This document shows positions 19,380 to 28,128 of a DNA stretch of 64,000 nucleotides, in pieces. The notes beneath the pieces were generated by a model. It saw only the letters and a list, made by a program, of their open reading frames with translations. It searched no databases and was not told the origin of the DNA. The DNA is from a virus, in IMG/VR virus record IMGVR_UViG_3300024239_000013, positions 33,142 to 97,141 of that record; one strand, 5' to 3'. Both the position numbers and the translations under genes were made by a program. Within the stretch, counting starts at the first letter, position 1; every line of letters begins with the position of its first letter.

Positions 19380-19961
19380 TTATTCCAGAGTAATGGTAAT
19401 TTTGGATCCCGTCGATTTAACTAATTTTTGTAAATTAGAGAAAAATTCAACTAGTTCTAAAGATTTGTCTAATGTTTTTTCCGGCCCTAAATTTACCTGT
19501 ACCTTTCTATTTTCCATCAATTTTTTTCTAAGAATGATTGATGTTTTTGTTCTGTTTAGAGATTTGGCCATATCACCAACCGACATTTTATTTGACATCA
19601 TTTGTTCTAAAGCTAAAATTTCACTGTCTGTCCATCTTCTTCTTCTTATAGACTGATCATTTTTTAAAGGCGTTCCGTTTTCATTAGAATCCCTATCCTG
19701 AAATTTTCTCAAGTTTTTTGCAAACTTCATAGCAGAAACTGCAGCAAAACTTCTACCTAATTTCTTTGAAATTTCATTAACCGTCATTTTTTCATCTACC
19801 ATTTTTTTCAATTCTGCTAACTCGCTATCTGACCATCTTCTCGATTTAGCCCTTTTTGAAATCTTTTTTGTTTTAGCAGATTTTACTTTAGCATTTCCGT
19901 GATTCAAAACTGAATGGTAGTTTTTTACTGATGAAGGTTTTGATGATTTTCTTGTTCTCAT
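19380..19961 (-). CDS. basic DNA-binding protein with two tandem Myb/SANT-like helix-turn-helix repeats (RRWSDSELAELKKMV...MTVNEISKKLGRS and RRRWTDSEILALEQMM...MSVGDMAKSLNRT)
   Basis: Internal duplication with W...E...L and helix-turn-helix-like segments; lysine/arginine-rich. Confidence 0.5.
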   Translation of the reverse strand: MRTRKSSKPSSVKNYHSVLNHGNAKVKSAKTKKISKRAKSRRWSDSELAELKKMVDEKMTVNEISKKLGRSFAAVSAMKFAKNLRKFQDRDSNENGTPLKNDQSIRRRRWTDSEILALEQMMSNKMSVGDMAKSLNRTKTSIILRKKLMENRKVQVNLGPEKTLDKSLELVEFFSNLQKLVKSTGSKITITLE

Positions 19962-20058
19962 TTTTTAATGTATTTAAAATTTATGTTGCAAATATATTAA
20001 AATAAATCGGATAAAAAAAATAAATCGGATAAAAAAAATTTATTTTGATATATAAAAC

Positions 20059-20415
20059 ATGGAAAAAATGATAAAAAATTACAATAATTTTATTAATGAG
20101 TCCAAAAAAGAATCTTTTGAAGAGTTTTCTTTAATTAGATTAAACGGGGCTAAAAAAATAGCAGAAAATGCTAAAGAAAAAGGTGGTGATGCTCTACTTA
20201 CTTACCATCATTTTAAAGTTAAGATACCAACTTATAAAAAAGCTAAAGATGGTGAATTTGATATGATAAATTCTAAAAAAGAATATGAAACCCTTTTAGA
20301 AAAATTATATAAATCAACCAAGGATAATATGAAAATAAGCCAAGTTGAATTTCAGGAATTGGTTGGTAGAATAGAAGTATTAGGAGAACTTATTATCAGA
20401 AAGGAGATAGAATAA
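20059..20415 (+). CDS. small protein with targeting-like N-terminus (MEKMIKNYNNFINESKK)
   Basis: 118 aa. Confidence 0.55.
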   Translation: MEKMIKNYNNFINESKKESFEEFSLIRLNGAKKIAENAKEKGGDALLTYHHFKVKIPTYKKAKDGEFDMINSKKEYETLLEKLYKSTKDNMKISQVEFQELVGRIEVLGELIIRKEIE

Positions 20416-20416
20416 A

Positions 20417-20713
20417 CTATTCGCCCTCCTTTCTTATTGTTACCCAATTTGGATTGTTTAATATATCTCTTAATTTTTCTGCAACTGTTAATTTAGTTCC
20501 AATTTTTTCTGGGTGCATCTCATCCAGAAGTTTATGCATCTGCTCAATTTCTCTATTTAACTTTCTAAGAATTTCTTCGTTATCCTCTGCTTTGGATTTT
20601 GATGTAGTAGTTGTATTAAAATCAGGTAATGAGAATAATTCATATGGACGGGTTATAGAAGAATCTGACCTTCCGTACATTGGAATATGCATGTTAAAAA
20701 TATCGTCTTCCAT
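20417..20713 (-). CDS. hypothetical protein
   Basis: 98-aa ORF. Confidence 0.45.
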   Translation of the reverse strand: MEDDIFNMHIPMYGRSDSSITRPYELFSLPDFNTTTTSKSKAEDNEEILRKLNREIEQMHKLLDEMHPEKIGTKLTVAEKLRDILNNPNWVTIRKEGE

Positions 20714-20714
20714 A

Positions 20715-20969
20715 TTAATAGATTTTAGAATTATCGATTAATTTATCATTTCTTAAAACTTGTATGACTGAAACTATTTCCTCGACTGTATTTTGATCTT
20801 TGACCTCATTTCCACTAAAGTCAATTATAGTCCAAGATTCCTTCCCTAAATTAAAGTCGTTTACCACAGTGACGTTATATGATGAATCTTCTTTTTTAAC
20901 CGTATAAAAGGTTTTTTTGGATTCTACCATATAAGTATTTTTCTCTACTATTTTTTCTATCTTTATCAT
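20715..20969 (-). CDS. hypothetical protein
   Basis: 84-aa ORF. Confidence 0.45.
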   Translation of the reverse strand: MIKIEKIVEKNTYMVESKKTFYTVKKEDSSYNVTVVNDFNLGKESWTIIDFSGNEVKDQNTVEEIVSVIQVLRNDKLIDNSKIY

Positions 20970-21438
20970 ATTTGGAATTTTAAATTATTTTTTCATTTAC
21001 CTCGTATAAGTAATTAGAATCCATCCAATTACTTGTTCTCTAAAACCAATATCATTCATTCCCTACTCATCTGCCAAATGTTTTAAATGAAGAGGAAGTT
21101 TTTGTGAAAGATTTTCTAGCTGAAGCCTAGTTGGTATCCCCCGGGAGAGAGCGTATAAAGATTGTAAGTCATCTAATAAAAATGATCAAGATTATTAAGG
21201 ACATGGACCATCTGGATCTATAATTTCCATATTATCATATTCTTCCTCCGTAATTATTACATATCCTTTATTCATAATCCACAAATGTACAGATTGCCAA
21301 TCTAAATCATTTTCTTCGAGAATTCTCTCCATTTTTTCGTTTAATTCTTCTTTTGACATTTTCTAAAAATTCACTTACATCAAGTGATAAGCTTTTAATT
21401 AATAATATTTTTTCTAATAGTTTATGTTGTTATAAAAT

Positions 21439-21834
21439 CTATTTTTCGTAATAAAAAATCGTATAACCCTCTCCTTCAAAAGCACCTTTGCTTGTTATTG
21501 AAACTATTTCTATTCTATCCTCTTGTTCATTAACCCAATTGACTAGTGTTCCTGCATATTTAAAAGAATCAACCCTTAATTTTCTTATAATTATTAATTC
21601 CCCACTCCCATTTCCCTCTTCAGATTTCGTAAAATGCCTTCTTGTTAATTCAGTTAAAATTAAATTACGCAAACCCATTACTCCAGTAATAAAATCATTT
21701 GTTGAGATTTTATAATGACTCACTAAGAATCTAATATGAGAATCATCAGGAAAGTTTGAAGAATCGCTTTCCCTTGATAATTCTATTAAGGAATCAGTAT
21801 CCAATTTTGATAGATATTCGAAAATATTTTCCAT
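21439..21834 (-). CDS. hypothetical protein
   Basis: 131-aa ORF. Confidence 0.5.
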   Translation of the reverse strand: MENIFEYLSKLDTDSLIELSRESDSSNFPDDSHIRFLVSHYKISTNDFITGVMGLRNLILTELTRRHFTKSEEGNGSGELIIIRKLRVDSFKYAGTLVNWVNEQEDRIEIVSITSKGAFEGEGYTIFYYEK

Positions 21835-21849
21835 TTTTTTTAATTTTTG

Positions 21850-22011
21850 TAATCAGGACAGGGTTCGAACCTGTACGATTAAGTTTTTCCTAGTGAATAT
21901 CTAAATTAACTTTTGGTTTTGCTAATCTCTGAATTCACCTTGGTTACGTCTGCCTACCCACTTAATCTAAAAACCATATTAAATAGCGTCTACCAATTCC
22001 GCCACCTGATC
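21850..22011 (-). tRNA. tRNA-like gene of about 162 nt. 5' end GAUCAGG-UG-GCG-GAAUUGGUAGA-CGC (type-II Leu/Tyr/Ser-like acceptor and D-arm); 3' end ACAGG-UUCGAAC-CCUGU-CCUGAUU-A (T-arm and acceptor). They are separated by about 110 nt instead of about 30, so it carries insertion(s) or intron(s). The insert holds a candidate anticodon hairpin GGUGA-AU-UCA-G...UCACU (anticodon UCA, which would read UGA)
   Basis: Hand folding of the reverse complement; the 7-bp acceptor pairs, including one G-U. Confidence 0.5.
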
Positions 22012-22081
22012 TTATTTTATTATTGTTAATTCTTTTTATAATAAAATCCTAGAAATTTTTATTTAATTTATTTTTATTATT

Positions 22082-22330
22082 CTATGATTCGAATTTTAAA
22101 TAATCGCCATCTCTCTGATCTAGGATAAGATTAACTTTACTCCATCCGGCTTTTATGTATCTGTCTCTAAGAACATAAAAATGAGTATGATCTAGACCAG
22201 ATGGGATTCGTATGTATATGCTCTGACCTTTTGATATTGATTTTTTAGATAATCTGGAATCTATCTCTTTTTCGTATAGATCTACATCTTCTTGAAATTT
22301 TTCTATTAATTTTATTGGTGATATTGCCAT
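22082..22330 (-). CDS. hypothetical protein
   Basis: 82-aa ORF. Confidence 0.45.
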   Translation of the reverse strand: MAISPIKLIEKFQEDVDLYEKEIDSRLSKKSISKGQSIYIRIPSGLDHTHFYVLRDRYIKAGWSKVNLILDQRDGDYLKFES

Positions 22331-22453
22331 TTTTTATCTATTTTTTTATATTTTATTAAGAAACCCATATTCGATTTCTTACATATATTAATACATTTCT
22401 AACTTAGCCAAAACAAAATTATGTATTATGATAAATGTGACTTATATTTTTAA

Positions 22454-22753
22454 TTATAATTCACTGTTAAATCTACTTAAATCCTGAGAATAGTCTATTT
22501 CTGTGTGGGGATAAATAGGAAATTCTGGTACATTGTATTCTAAATCCAATTCAGAAAGATAAGCGATCCCTCCGTTTGTCAAACTACCTCCTTTGATGTA
22601 AACATAATGTCACCTTTCGTCATTGTAGACATGTTCGTCTGAGATAAAAATAATAGGTTCACACGCCAAATATTGGTCTGATAAGCTTTTGATTGTAAAT
22701 TTTGAATTTAATCTGACTCTAACCCCTCTTGCAATTTGATTAGATTTTATCAT
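22454..22753 (-). CDS. hypothetical protein (100 codons) interrupted by a single in-frame TGA at 22610-22612: MIKSNQIARGVRV...HVYNDER-[TGA]-HYVYIKGGSLTNGGIAYLSELDLEYNVPEFPIY...
   Basis: Both halves are open in the same frame (47 and 52 codons) in an AT-rich context where random ORFs of that length are unlikely; not in the supplied track. Confidence 0.5.
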
Positions 22754-22771
22754 AAATGTTTTTTTTTTATA

Positions 22772-22900
22772 TTACCAGGACAGGATTCGAACCTGCATCT
22801 CCTTATCAATGGCACCTGGAACTTTCACACATCAATGTGACTGATAAATTCACACTCTGAAGCTACTCCTTCTTGCGTCTTCCGATTCCGCCACCTGGAT
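22772..22900 (-). tRNA. second tRNA-like gene of about 129 nt. 5' end AUCCAGG-UG-GCG-GAAUCGGAAGA-CGC; 3' end GCAGG-UUCGAAU-CCUGU-CCUGGUA-A; about 80-nt middle section (contains CUUCAGA). Two acceptor pairs are mismatched as read
   Basis: Hand folding; 5' and 3' portions are paralogous to the 21850-22011 element. Confidence 0.4.
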
Positions 22901-22916
22901 ATTTTATAATTAACTA

Positions 22917-23264
22917 TTAATCCCTACTTAAAAATTTGATATAATAGCCTTCTCTGTTTATGTGCAATTTTTCTAAAAGCCCCAAGTCCATTAATTTATT
23001 AATCTGGTCCTGATTTGGTTCTTTTTCCATAACAGCTCCCCCATAGACCCTGCTACCTATCTTAATCCACCCTAGATCCTCTACATGTTTTTCTGGGTTT
23101 GATTTTTCTGGAAATATCTCTTCTACTATCTCGTAATGAAAGGATACATATTCGGAATCCATGTCTCCTTTAAATCTGTGAATTTTCCCGTACGTATCAA
23201 TCCAGAATTCTCTTTCTACTCTTTTAAGATTACTTTTCCTTATCATAACAATTTCCTCTTCCAT
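22917..23264 (-). CDS. hypothetical protein
   Basis: 115-aa ORF. Confidence 0.5.
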   Translation of the reverse strand: MEEEIVMIRKSNLKRVEREFWIDTYGKIHRFKGDMDSEYVSFHYEIVEEIFPEKSNPEKHVEDLGWIKIGSRVYGGAVMEKEPNQDQINKLMDLGLLEKLHINREGYYIKFLSRD

Positions 23265-23358
23265 ATAATTCCATTTTAACTTAATTGCATTTATAATTTT
23301 TTCTCTAGCAAATATATGTCAATAAATCGTTTTAAAAAAATAATAACAATAGAAAAAT

Positions 23359-23583
23359 TTATTTATTTTCTATTATTTCGCCTTTCCAGTCCACCATATC
23401 GAAATTCTCCCAGTCAATTTCCTTTAGATTTTTAATCATTTCATCAACTTTCTTTTTCAACTCGAGTATAGATTCTTCTAGATTAGCACCATATCCTGAT
23501 AAATCTGAATATTCTTCGATTAGTCTGGCTTCAAATGATTGATACCTTTCCTTTCCGTCGTTATGTATTTGTAATTTGTACAT
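23359..23583 (-). CDS. hypothetical protein
   Basis: 74-aa ORF. Confidence 0.4.
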   Translation of the reverse strand: MYKLQIHNDGKERYQSFEARLIEEYSDLSGYGANLEESILELKKKVDEMIKNLKEIDWENFDMVDWKGEIIENK

Positions 23584-23685
23584 TCCTATAGATATTTTTG
23601 CTTATTTTAAATATTTCTTTGGGTTCATATTCATATTATCGTGTCAATTCCTCGTTTCTATATAGTTTTAAGAATCCTTTACCTG

Positions 23686-23871
23686 TTAAATGAAAGTTAA
23701 TTTTAGATCAGAAGCAGGGTATTTTATCCTCGTTGTGCTACTTGATTTTATCTCTCCTACAACTATAATATAATTTCCTTGTCTGTATGCCCCCTTGGCC
23801 TCGTAATTTTTACCGTAGGGTATCGGGTATTTTGGAGATTCGTTAATAATCTCTACTATTACTTTTTCCAT
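23686..23871 (-). CDS. hypothetical protein
   Basis: 61-aa ORF. Confidence 0.35.
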   Translation of the reverse strand: MEKVIVEIINESPKYPIPYGKNYEAKGAYRQGNYIIVVGEIKSSSTTRIKYPASDLKLTFI

Positions 23872-23993
23872 AATGAATTATTTACAAGAAGGAAAGTTTT
23901 GATGTATATGCAATAGAATAACCAATGCACAAATTATTGAAAATGTCATAGAGAAAACCATAGCTAACATCATGGCTTTAAATGGGCTTAATT

Positions 23994-24266
23994 TCATAAT
24001 TTAATTTTTTTATGTAATTTATTAAATCCTTTTTTTATGTCTGAAAGTATTTTACTAGGAGTTGATAGTTCCAAATCCCATCTTTTTACTTTTTCCTCAC
24101 TTTCTAGAACAATTTTATCGTGGAGATAATCAGTAATTAAAGAATCTAGTTCTTTTCTAATTAATTCTTTGCAATCTTCACATGATAAAATAAAAAGAGG
24201 TTTATCTTGATCAGTTGTAAATTTATATTTGGCCTTATTTCCACATTTACATTTATGTTCATCCAT
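23994..24266 (-). CDS. small zinc-ribbon protein (CKCGN...CEDCK)
   Basis: 90 aa with two Cys pairs. Confidence 0.45.
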   Translation of the reverse strand: MDEHKCKCGNKAKYKFTTDQDKPLFILSCEDCKELIRKELDSLITDYLHDKIVLESEEKVKRWDLELSTPSKILSDIKKGFNKLHKKIKL

Positions 24267-24289
24267 GATAACTCTATTTAAGGTTGTTT

Positions 24290-24601
24290 TTAAACTAATC
24301 TATAGGGTTTTGCTATAGCATTAATCTTAGTTATAACTTCATTTGGAAGTTGGTAATATGATCCTTCTAGAGCCTTTAGTGAATCTATAAAGACAGAATG
24401 ATCTAACGAGAGGTTTCCTGGAATTTTTAATTCTTCTTCAATAAACTCCTCCTCTATCAAAGATTTCAGATGATCCCTTAATTTTTCGTTAGATGAGCAT
24501 TCATAGACTAGTGTTGATAAAAGCTCTTTCTTTTCCTTTTGTGTACACTCATAGACGAATTCGTCAATGTCAATACTAACAGATGTTTCAAAATCCGGCA
24601 T
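24290..24601 (-). CDS. hypothetical acidic protein
   Basis: 103-aa ORF. Confidence 0.45.
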   Translation of the reverse strand: MPDFETSVSIDIDEFVYECTQKEKKELLSTLVYECSSNEKLRDHLKSLIEEEFIEEELKIPGNLSLDHSVFIDSLKALEGSYYQLPNEVITKINAIAKPYRLV

Positions 24602-24777
24602 AATTTATTTTTTTTAATTAATTAAATGTAATTTTTATATAAATGTAATATTTATATTCGAAAATAAAAAAAAATTCCAAATATATAGATTGGATAACTC
24701 GAATCCCTTTAAATTTTTAAATTCATAAGAATTTAAAGAAAAAAATTCCATTATGGACACGAATAGCAATAAACAAA

Positions 24778-25008
24778 ATGCAAAAAAAGAATATCCAGAC
24801 GATTCTGTTGGTATTGGCTACGTTTTTCAATCCACTTGGATTCGATGCTCTCTTCGCTATTGTGATGAAGTGGACCGGATCTTATTGGATAACAGATGGA
24901 ATTTTCTATTGCCTATCAGCACTATTTTTTGGTCTATATTACTGGGTCTCTAAAAAATCCCCAAGATTTATAATATTTGGACCAAAAAAGAAAAAGATTA
25001 GCCAATAA
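24778..25008 (+). CDS. small two-helix membrane protein
   Basis: 76 aa; hydrophobic helices ILLVLATFFNPLGF and IFYCLSALFFGLYYWV. Confidence 0.45.
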   Translation: MQKKNIQTILLVLATFFNPLGFDALFAIVMKWTGSYWITDGIFYCLSALFFGLYYWVSKKSPRFIIFGPKKKKISQ

Positions 25009-25189
25009 CATTGGCTTTTTCTTTTTCTTTTGTTTTATTGATTTTTTTAAAAGCCATTTCGTATGATTCGACCAAGGAATTTCCGTCTTTGATATATTCC
25101 ATAGCTAGATCCATAACCTCTTTTTGTATACCCAACTTATAACATTCATAGAGGATTTCTTCTATTATTTCTGAACCAGTTAAACTCAT
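24998..25189 (-). CDS. hypothetical protein
   Basis: 63-aa ORF. Confidence 0.4.
   Translation of the reverse strand: MSLTGSEIIEEILYECYKLGIQKEVMDLAMEYIKDGNSLVESYEMAFKKINKTKEKEKANVIG
25000..25021 (+). terminator. terminator-like hairpin (AGCCAAT-AAC-ATTGGCT followed by TTTTT) overlapping the convergent gene ends
   Basis: Read in the sequence. Confidence 0.4.
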
Positions 25190-25397
25190 TTTATTAATTT
25201 TTTTTAATATCGATTTTTCATTATGATTAAAAAAACATTCTCTTTTTTCTACATCCAGTTCATTTAATAAGATGTCTGGATGCTAACCTTTCATTTTTTT
25301 TCAAATATAACATCAACAATTTTCTTACCGTACTTATTCATTGCCTCTTCTATGAATTCTTTTTTTATTACTATTGCTCCTATCATAATAGTCTTTT

Positions 25398-26267
25398 TTA
25401 ATATCTAACTATAGGAACTAAAACCTCAGATACAAATTCCTCCATGTCATTTATTGATATTTTATCTAGTGTATCATCATCACTATGACAAAGCCACCAT
25501 GAAGAGTTATCTAGATAACCCTCGCTCGTTTTTATACTAGATTCACCCTCTAATAAAATAGGAAGAGGATTTATAACATTCGTGTCTATACCATATCTTG
25601 ATAAAATATAACAATCACTACCCGGTGTTGGGTGGATTGGAGGATCAAATAAGTTTTTTATGTGTTCTGTTAGTTTTCCTTGATGTGAACCTATCATAAA
25701 ATTTTTACCTCCCTTACCAGAAAGCTCTAGATTAAGAACCCATTCAATTTCACCAAATTCTCCTTCCGTTATTTGTTCTGCCAATCTTTTTGCACCTCTA
25801 AAACCAACTTCTTCCGCATCGGTTATTACTACATTTATCTCAGGGACTAAGTATTTAAGATATATTGCATTTATGACTGAAGCTGAATTATCGTTGGCAT
25901 TCTGTGAATTTGGATTAATTATATCATGATGTGCTATCACCATTCTTTTACTTTCTCCCTTCATAACTATATTATAAAGCTTTGTACCAAGATCGTCAAA
26001 CTCATCTATTACGTATTCTATCCCATATCTTTCCAAAAGATCTGAGATGAATTTTACTCTTGGTGTAGGTTCTAAAGTATTATAAAATGCATTGCCAACA
26101 TTTTTAACCTGACAAAATTCATTTATTGATTGGAGTATTGGATGCATATAAAAATTATTTTCTGTAAATGTATGATATGAATGCGAAATTAAAAAATATA
26201 TATATAGAAAAATTAATTTTTTTATATAATATGTTAAATTTAAAAACTTTCGCTCTTTTTGAATCAA
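25398..26267 (-). CDS. Zn-dependent peptidase-like protein (M28/M20-family signature HHDII...NANDNSASV...DAEEVGFRGA)
   Basis: His / Asp / Glu-Glu metal-ligand pattern typical of co-catalytic zinc exopeptidases. Confidence 0.45.
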   Translation of the reverse strand: MIQKERKFLNLTYYIKKLIFLYIYFLISHSYHTFTENNFYMHPILQSINEFCQVKNVGNAFYNTLEPTPRVKFISDLLERYGIEYVIDEFDDLGTKLYNIVMKGESKRMVIAHHDIINPNSQNANDNSASVINAIYLKYLVPEINVVITDAEEVGFRGAKRLAEQITEGEFGEIEWVLNLELSGKGGKNFMIGSHQGKLTEHIKNLFDPPIHPTPGSDCYILSRYGIDTNVINPLPILLEGESSIKTSEGYLDNSSWWLCHSDDDTLDKISINDMEEFVSEVLVPIVRY

Positions 26268-26803
26268 ATAATTATAACTTTACTCTAGAAGATGTAAGAA
26301 AACTACCACTATATTCACGTTTAGTTAAAATGGGATTTGAAGACACCACCACTGATAGAATATGGAATAATGGGAATATGAGATTTTATAATTATCAACT
26401 AAGAATGACTAATCCTGAATATTCACTAACCATATATGGTAATGGACCGATCAGAAAAACGACTATGGGCAATCCTTATATTCTTAAAAGATTTCCTGAA
26501 ATAAAAAGTTTGGAAGATTTTAATCTAAGATTCTATTATGTGATGAAATGGGGTAAAAAACTTTATAAAAAAATTCATAAAAAAGAAATTGATTTTCAAT
26601 TATCACCAGACGAGAAAAAATCAATTACCAAGGTTCTAGTAGATATATATAAAGAAATAGGAGCTATTCCATTTTTACCCACTTATAATTCTTTATCTGA
26701 TGATGAAAAGGATGATTTTTTAAAGGAAATAAATCAAACAAAAGAAAGATTTGAAAAAAATATAAAAAGTTATTTAAGAATTAGAAAAATAGCTTTTCTA
26801 TAA
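26231..26803 (+). CDS. hypothetical protein; probable start at the internal Met giving a targeting-like N-terminus (MLNLKTFALFESNNY)
   Basis: Track ORF 26168..26803 overlaps the upstream gene by 100 nt; the internal ATG at 26231 is in frame. Confidence 0.45.
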   Translation: MLNLKTFALFESNNYNFTLEDVRKLPLYSRLVKMGFEDTTTDRIWNNGNMRFYNYQLRMTNPEYSLTIYGNGPIRKTTMGNPYILKRFPEIKSLEDFNLRFYYVMKWGKKLYKKIHKKEIDFQLSPDEKKSITKVLVDIYKEIGAIPFLPTYNSLSDDEKDDFLKEINQTKERFEKNIKSYLRIRKIAFL

Positions 26804-26825
26804 AATAATATAATTGAATAAAAAA

Positions 26826-26855
26826 ATAGCCATAATTTACTGTGGCTATTTTTTT
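26826..26855. terminator. bidirectional terminator-like hairpin (ATAGCCA-loop-TGGCTAT flanked by an A-run and a T-run)
   Basis: Lies between convergent genes. Confidence 0.5.
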
Positions 26856-26868
26856 AATAATTTTTATA

Positions 26869-28056
26869 TTATCTTCTTTTTCCGAAAATTGGATCATTAT
26901 TTCCTTCTATGTCATTATATATTGCCCAATAACAAATTCCCACTGTTATCACCAGGGTGAAAAAGAAAGTAACCCAAATTGCCCAATTTGGTGGGTCTAC
27001 AGTGATGTAAGAAAATTCCTTAAAATCCCTTCTAGTGTAAGATTTTTCTACGTTATTCTTAATAGATTTTCCAATAATATCGACATTGAATCTAGGATTT
27101 TTCATTAAATCTTCTCTTATATCAGGTATAATCTTACTTGTTTTTGACCAAGAAAATGGCTTAACCCATTGAATATCCTTAGTTTTACTACTAAGACCTA
27201 TACAAACAATAACTTCGTTATCATTCCCTCCTTTCCAATAAGCTTCCTGCATATTGGCAGATAGAATAGACCTATCGACAAAGAATAGAACATATATTCT
27301 GGCGTGCTTATTAACCCCAAGATAACCATTTAGGAATTTATTCCACTGTTTAAGTTTTTCTATTTCAGAATTATGTATCCATTTAATTTTTTCTGCACCT
27401 AAAACAGTTTCCTGCATAATACCTTCTATCTTAGGATAGTTATAAAGGTCATAATTCTTAACATCTTCATCGGTTACTTTTATGAAATCAAATGATGAAT
27501 GTGCTGCCTGTACTCTGTTTTCGTACCAGTGGTCTGTTGTAGTAGATTCAGCAGACATAGGATCACCGTCCCATTTTATACTGTACATGTCTCCATCTTT
27601 ACCACAGCTATATGTATAATCTATATCTCTATTTAGCTCAACAAACTTTGGTTTATCTTTCCATTTTTCCATTAAAAAATTGTAAAATTCTCTAGAGATT
27701 TCAAATTCCTGACCCAAAGAATTTAGAACCGTCCATCTTTCTCTATTATAGTCACAATATGAACAATCGTATGTAACTGTGGTCGTACAATTTTTTCCGC
27801 AGCTAACTGTTCGAGTACATGTTCTATGAACGTAAGTCTCCCATGGTTCATAATATCTAGCCTCTATTATGATTGCCCCGTGATATTCGGTGTCATTTAC
27901 CTGTATCTTCTCGACCATTAATTTAAAGCCTAAAATGAAAATTGAACAAATAATAGCTGGTATTACAACTTCCCACCAAACTAAATTTCTTCTAAACCAT
28001 TTTAACATTACGAAAGCCCCCAATAAAGGTATTAATAAAGATAACCAAATTGACAT
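26869..28056 (-). CDS. Cys-rich membrane protein (N- and C-terminal transmembrane helices)
   Basis: 395 aa; hydrophobic termini; CGKNC...CSYCDY cluster. Confidence 0.55.
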   Translation of the reverse strand: MSIWLSLLIPLLGAFVMLKWFRRNLVWWEVVIPAIICSIFILGFKLMVEKIQVNDTEYHGAIIIEARYYEPWETYVHRTCTRTVSCGKNCTTTVTYDCSYCDYNRERWTVLNSLGQEFEISREFYNFLMEKWKDKPKFVELNRDIDYTYSCGKDGDMYSIKWDGDPMSAESTTTDHWYENRVQAAHSSFDFIKVTDEDVKNYDLYNYPKIEGIMQETVLGAEKIKWIHNSEIEKLKQWNKFLNGYLGVNKHARIYVLFFVDRSILSANMQEAYWKGGNDNEVIVCIGLSSKTKDIQWVKPFSWSKTSKIIPDIREDLMKNPRFNVDIIGKSIKNNVEKSYTRRDFKEFSYITVDPPNWAIWVTFFFTLVITVGICYWAIYNDIEGNNDPIFGKRR

Positions 28057-28080
28057 ATTTGTAATTTTTGAAGTTTATAG

Positions 28081-28106
28081 AAAAAGCCAGCTTTATAACT
28101 GGCTTT
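28081..28106 (-). terminator. terminator-like hairpin (AAGCCAG-loop-CTGGCTT) with a T-run on the minus strand
   Basis: Follows the LemA-like gene on the minus strand. Confidence 0.4.
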
Positions 28107-28128
28107 ATTTTATTATTTTATTATTATT

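Noticed and set aside
19363-19656. Plus-strand ORF overlapping the minus-strand helix-turn-helix-repeat gene
   Set aside because: The minus-strand ORF is longer, has internal duplicated helix-turn-helix motifs and is bracketed by terminators. The plus-strand frame is hydrophobic nonsense.
22454-22753. Genome-wide genetic code 4 (TGA = Trp) as the explanation for the in-frame TGA
   Set aside because: All other genes in the window are intact under the standard code and contain Trp in positions encoded by TGG. Only this one ORF has an internal TGA.
21850-22900. Interpreting the tRNA-like genes as tmRNA (partner of the phage SmpB)
   Set aside because: They have a canonical D stem-loop and are only 129-162 nt. 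They lack the GGGG 5' end, an alanine-type tag ORF and pseudoknots. Only a tmRNA-like T-arm and acceptor are shared. A tmRNA may exist outside this window.
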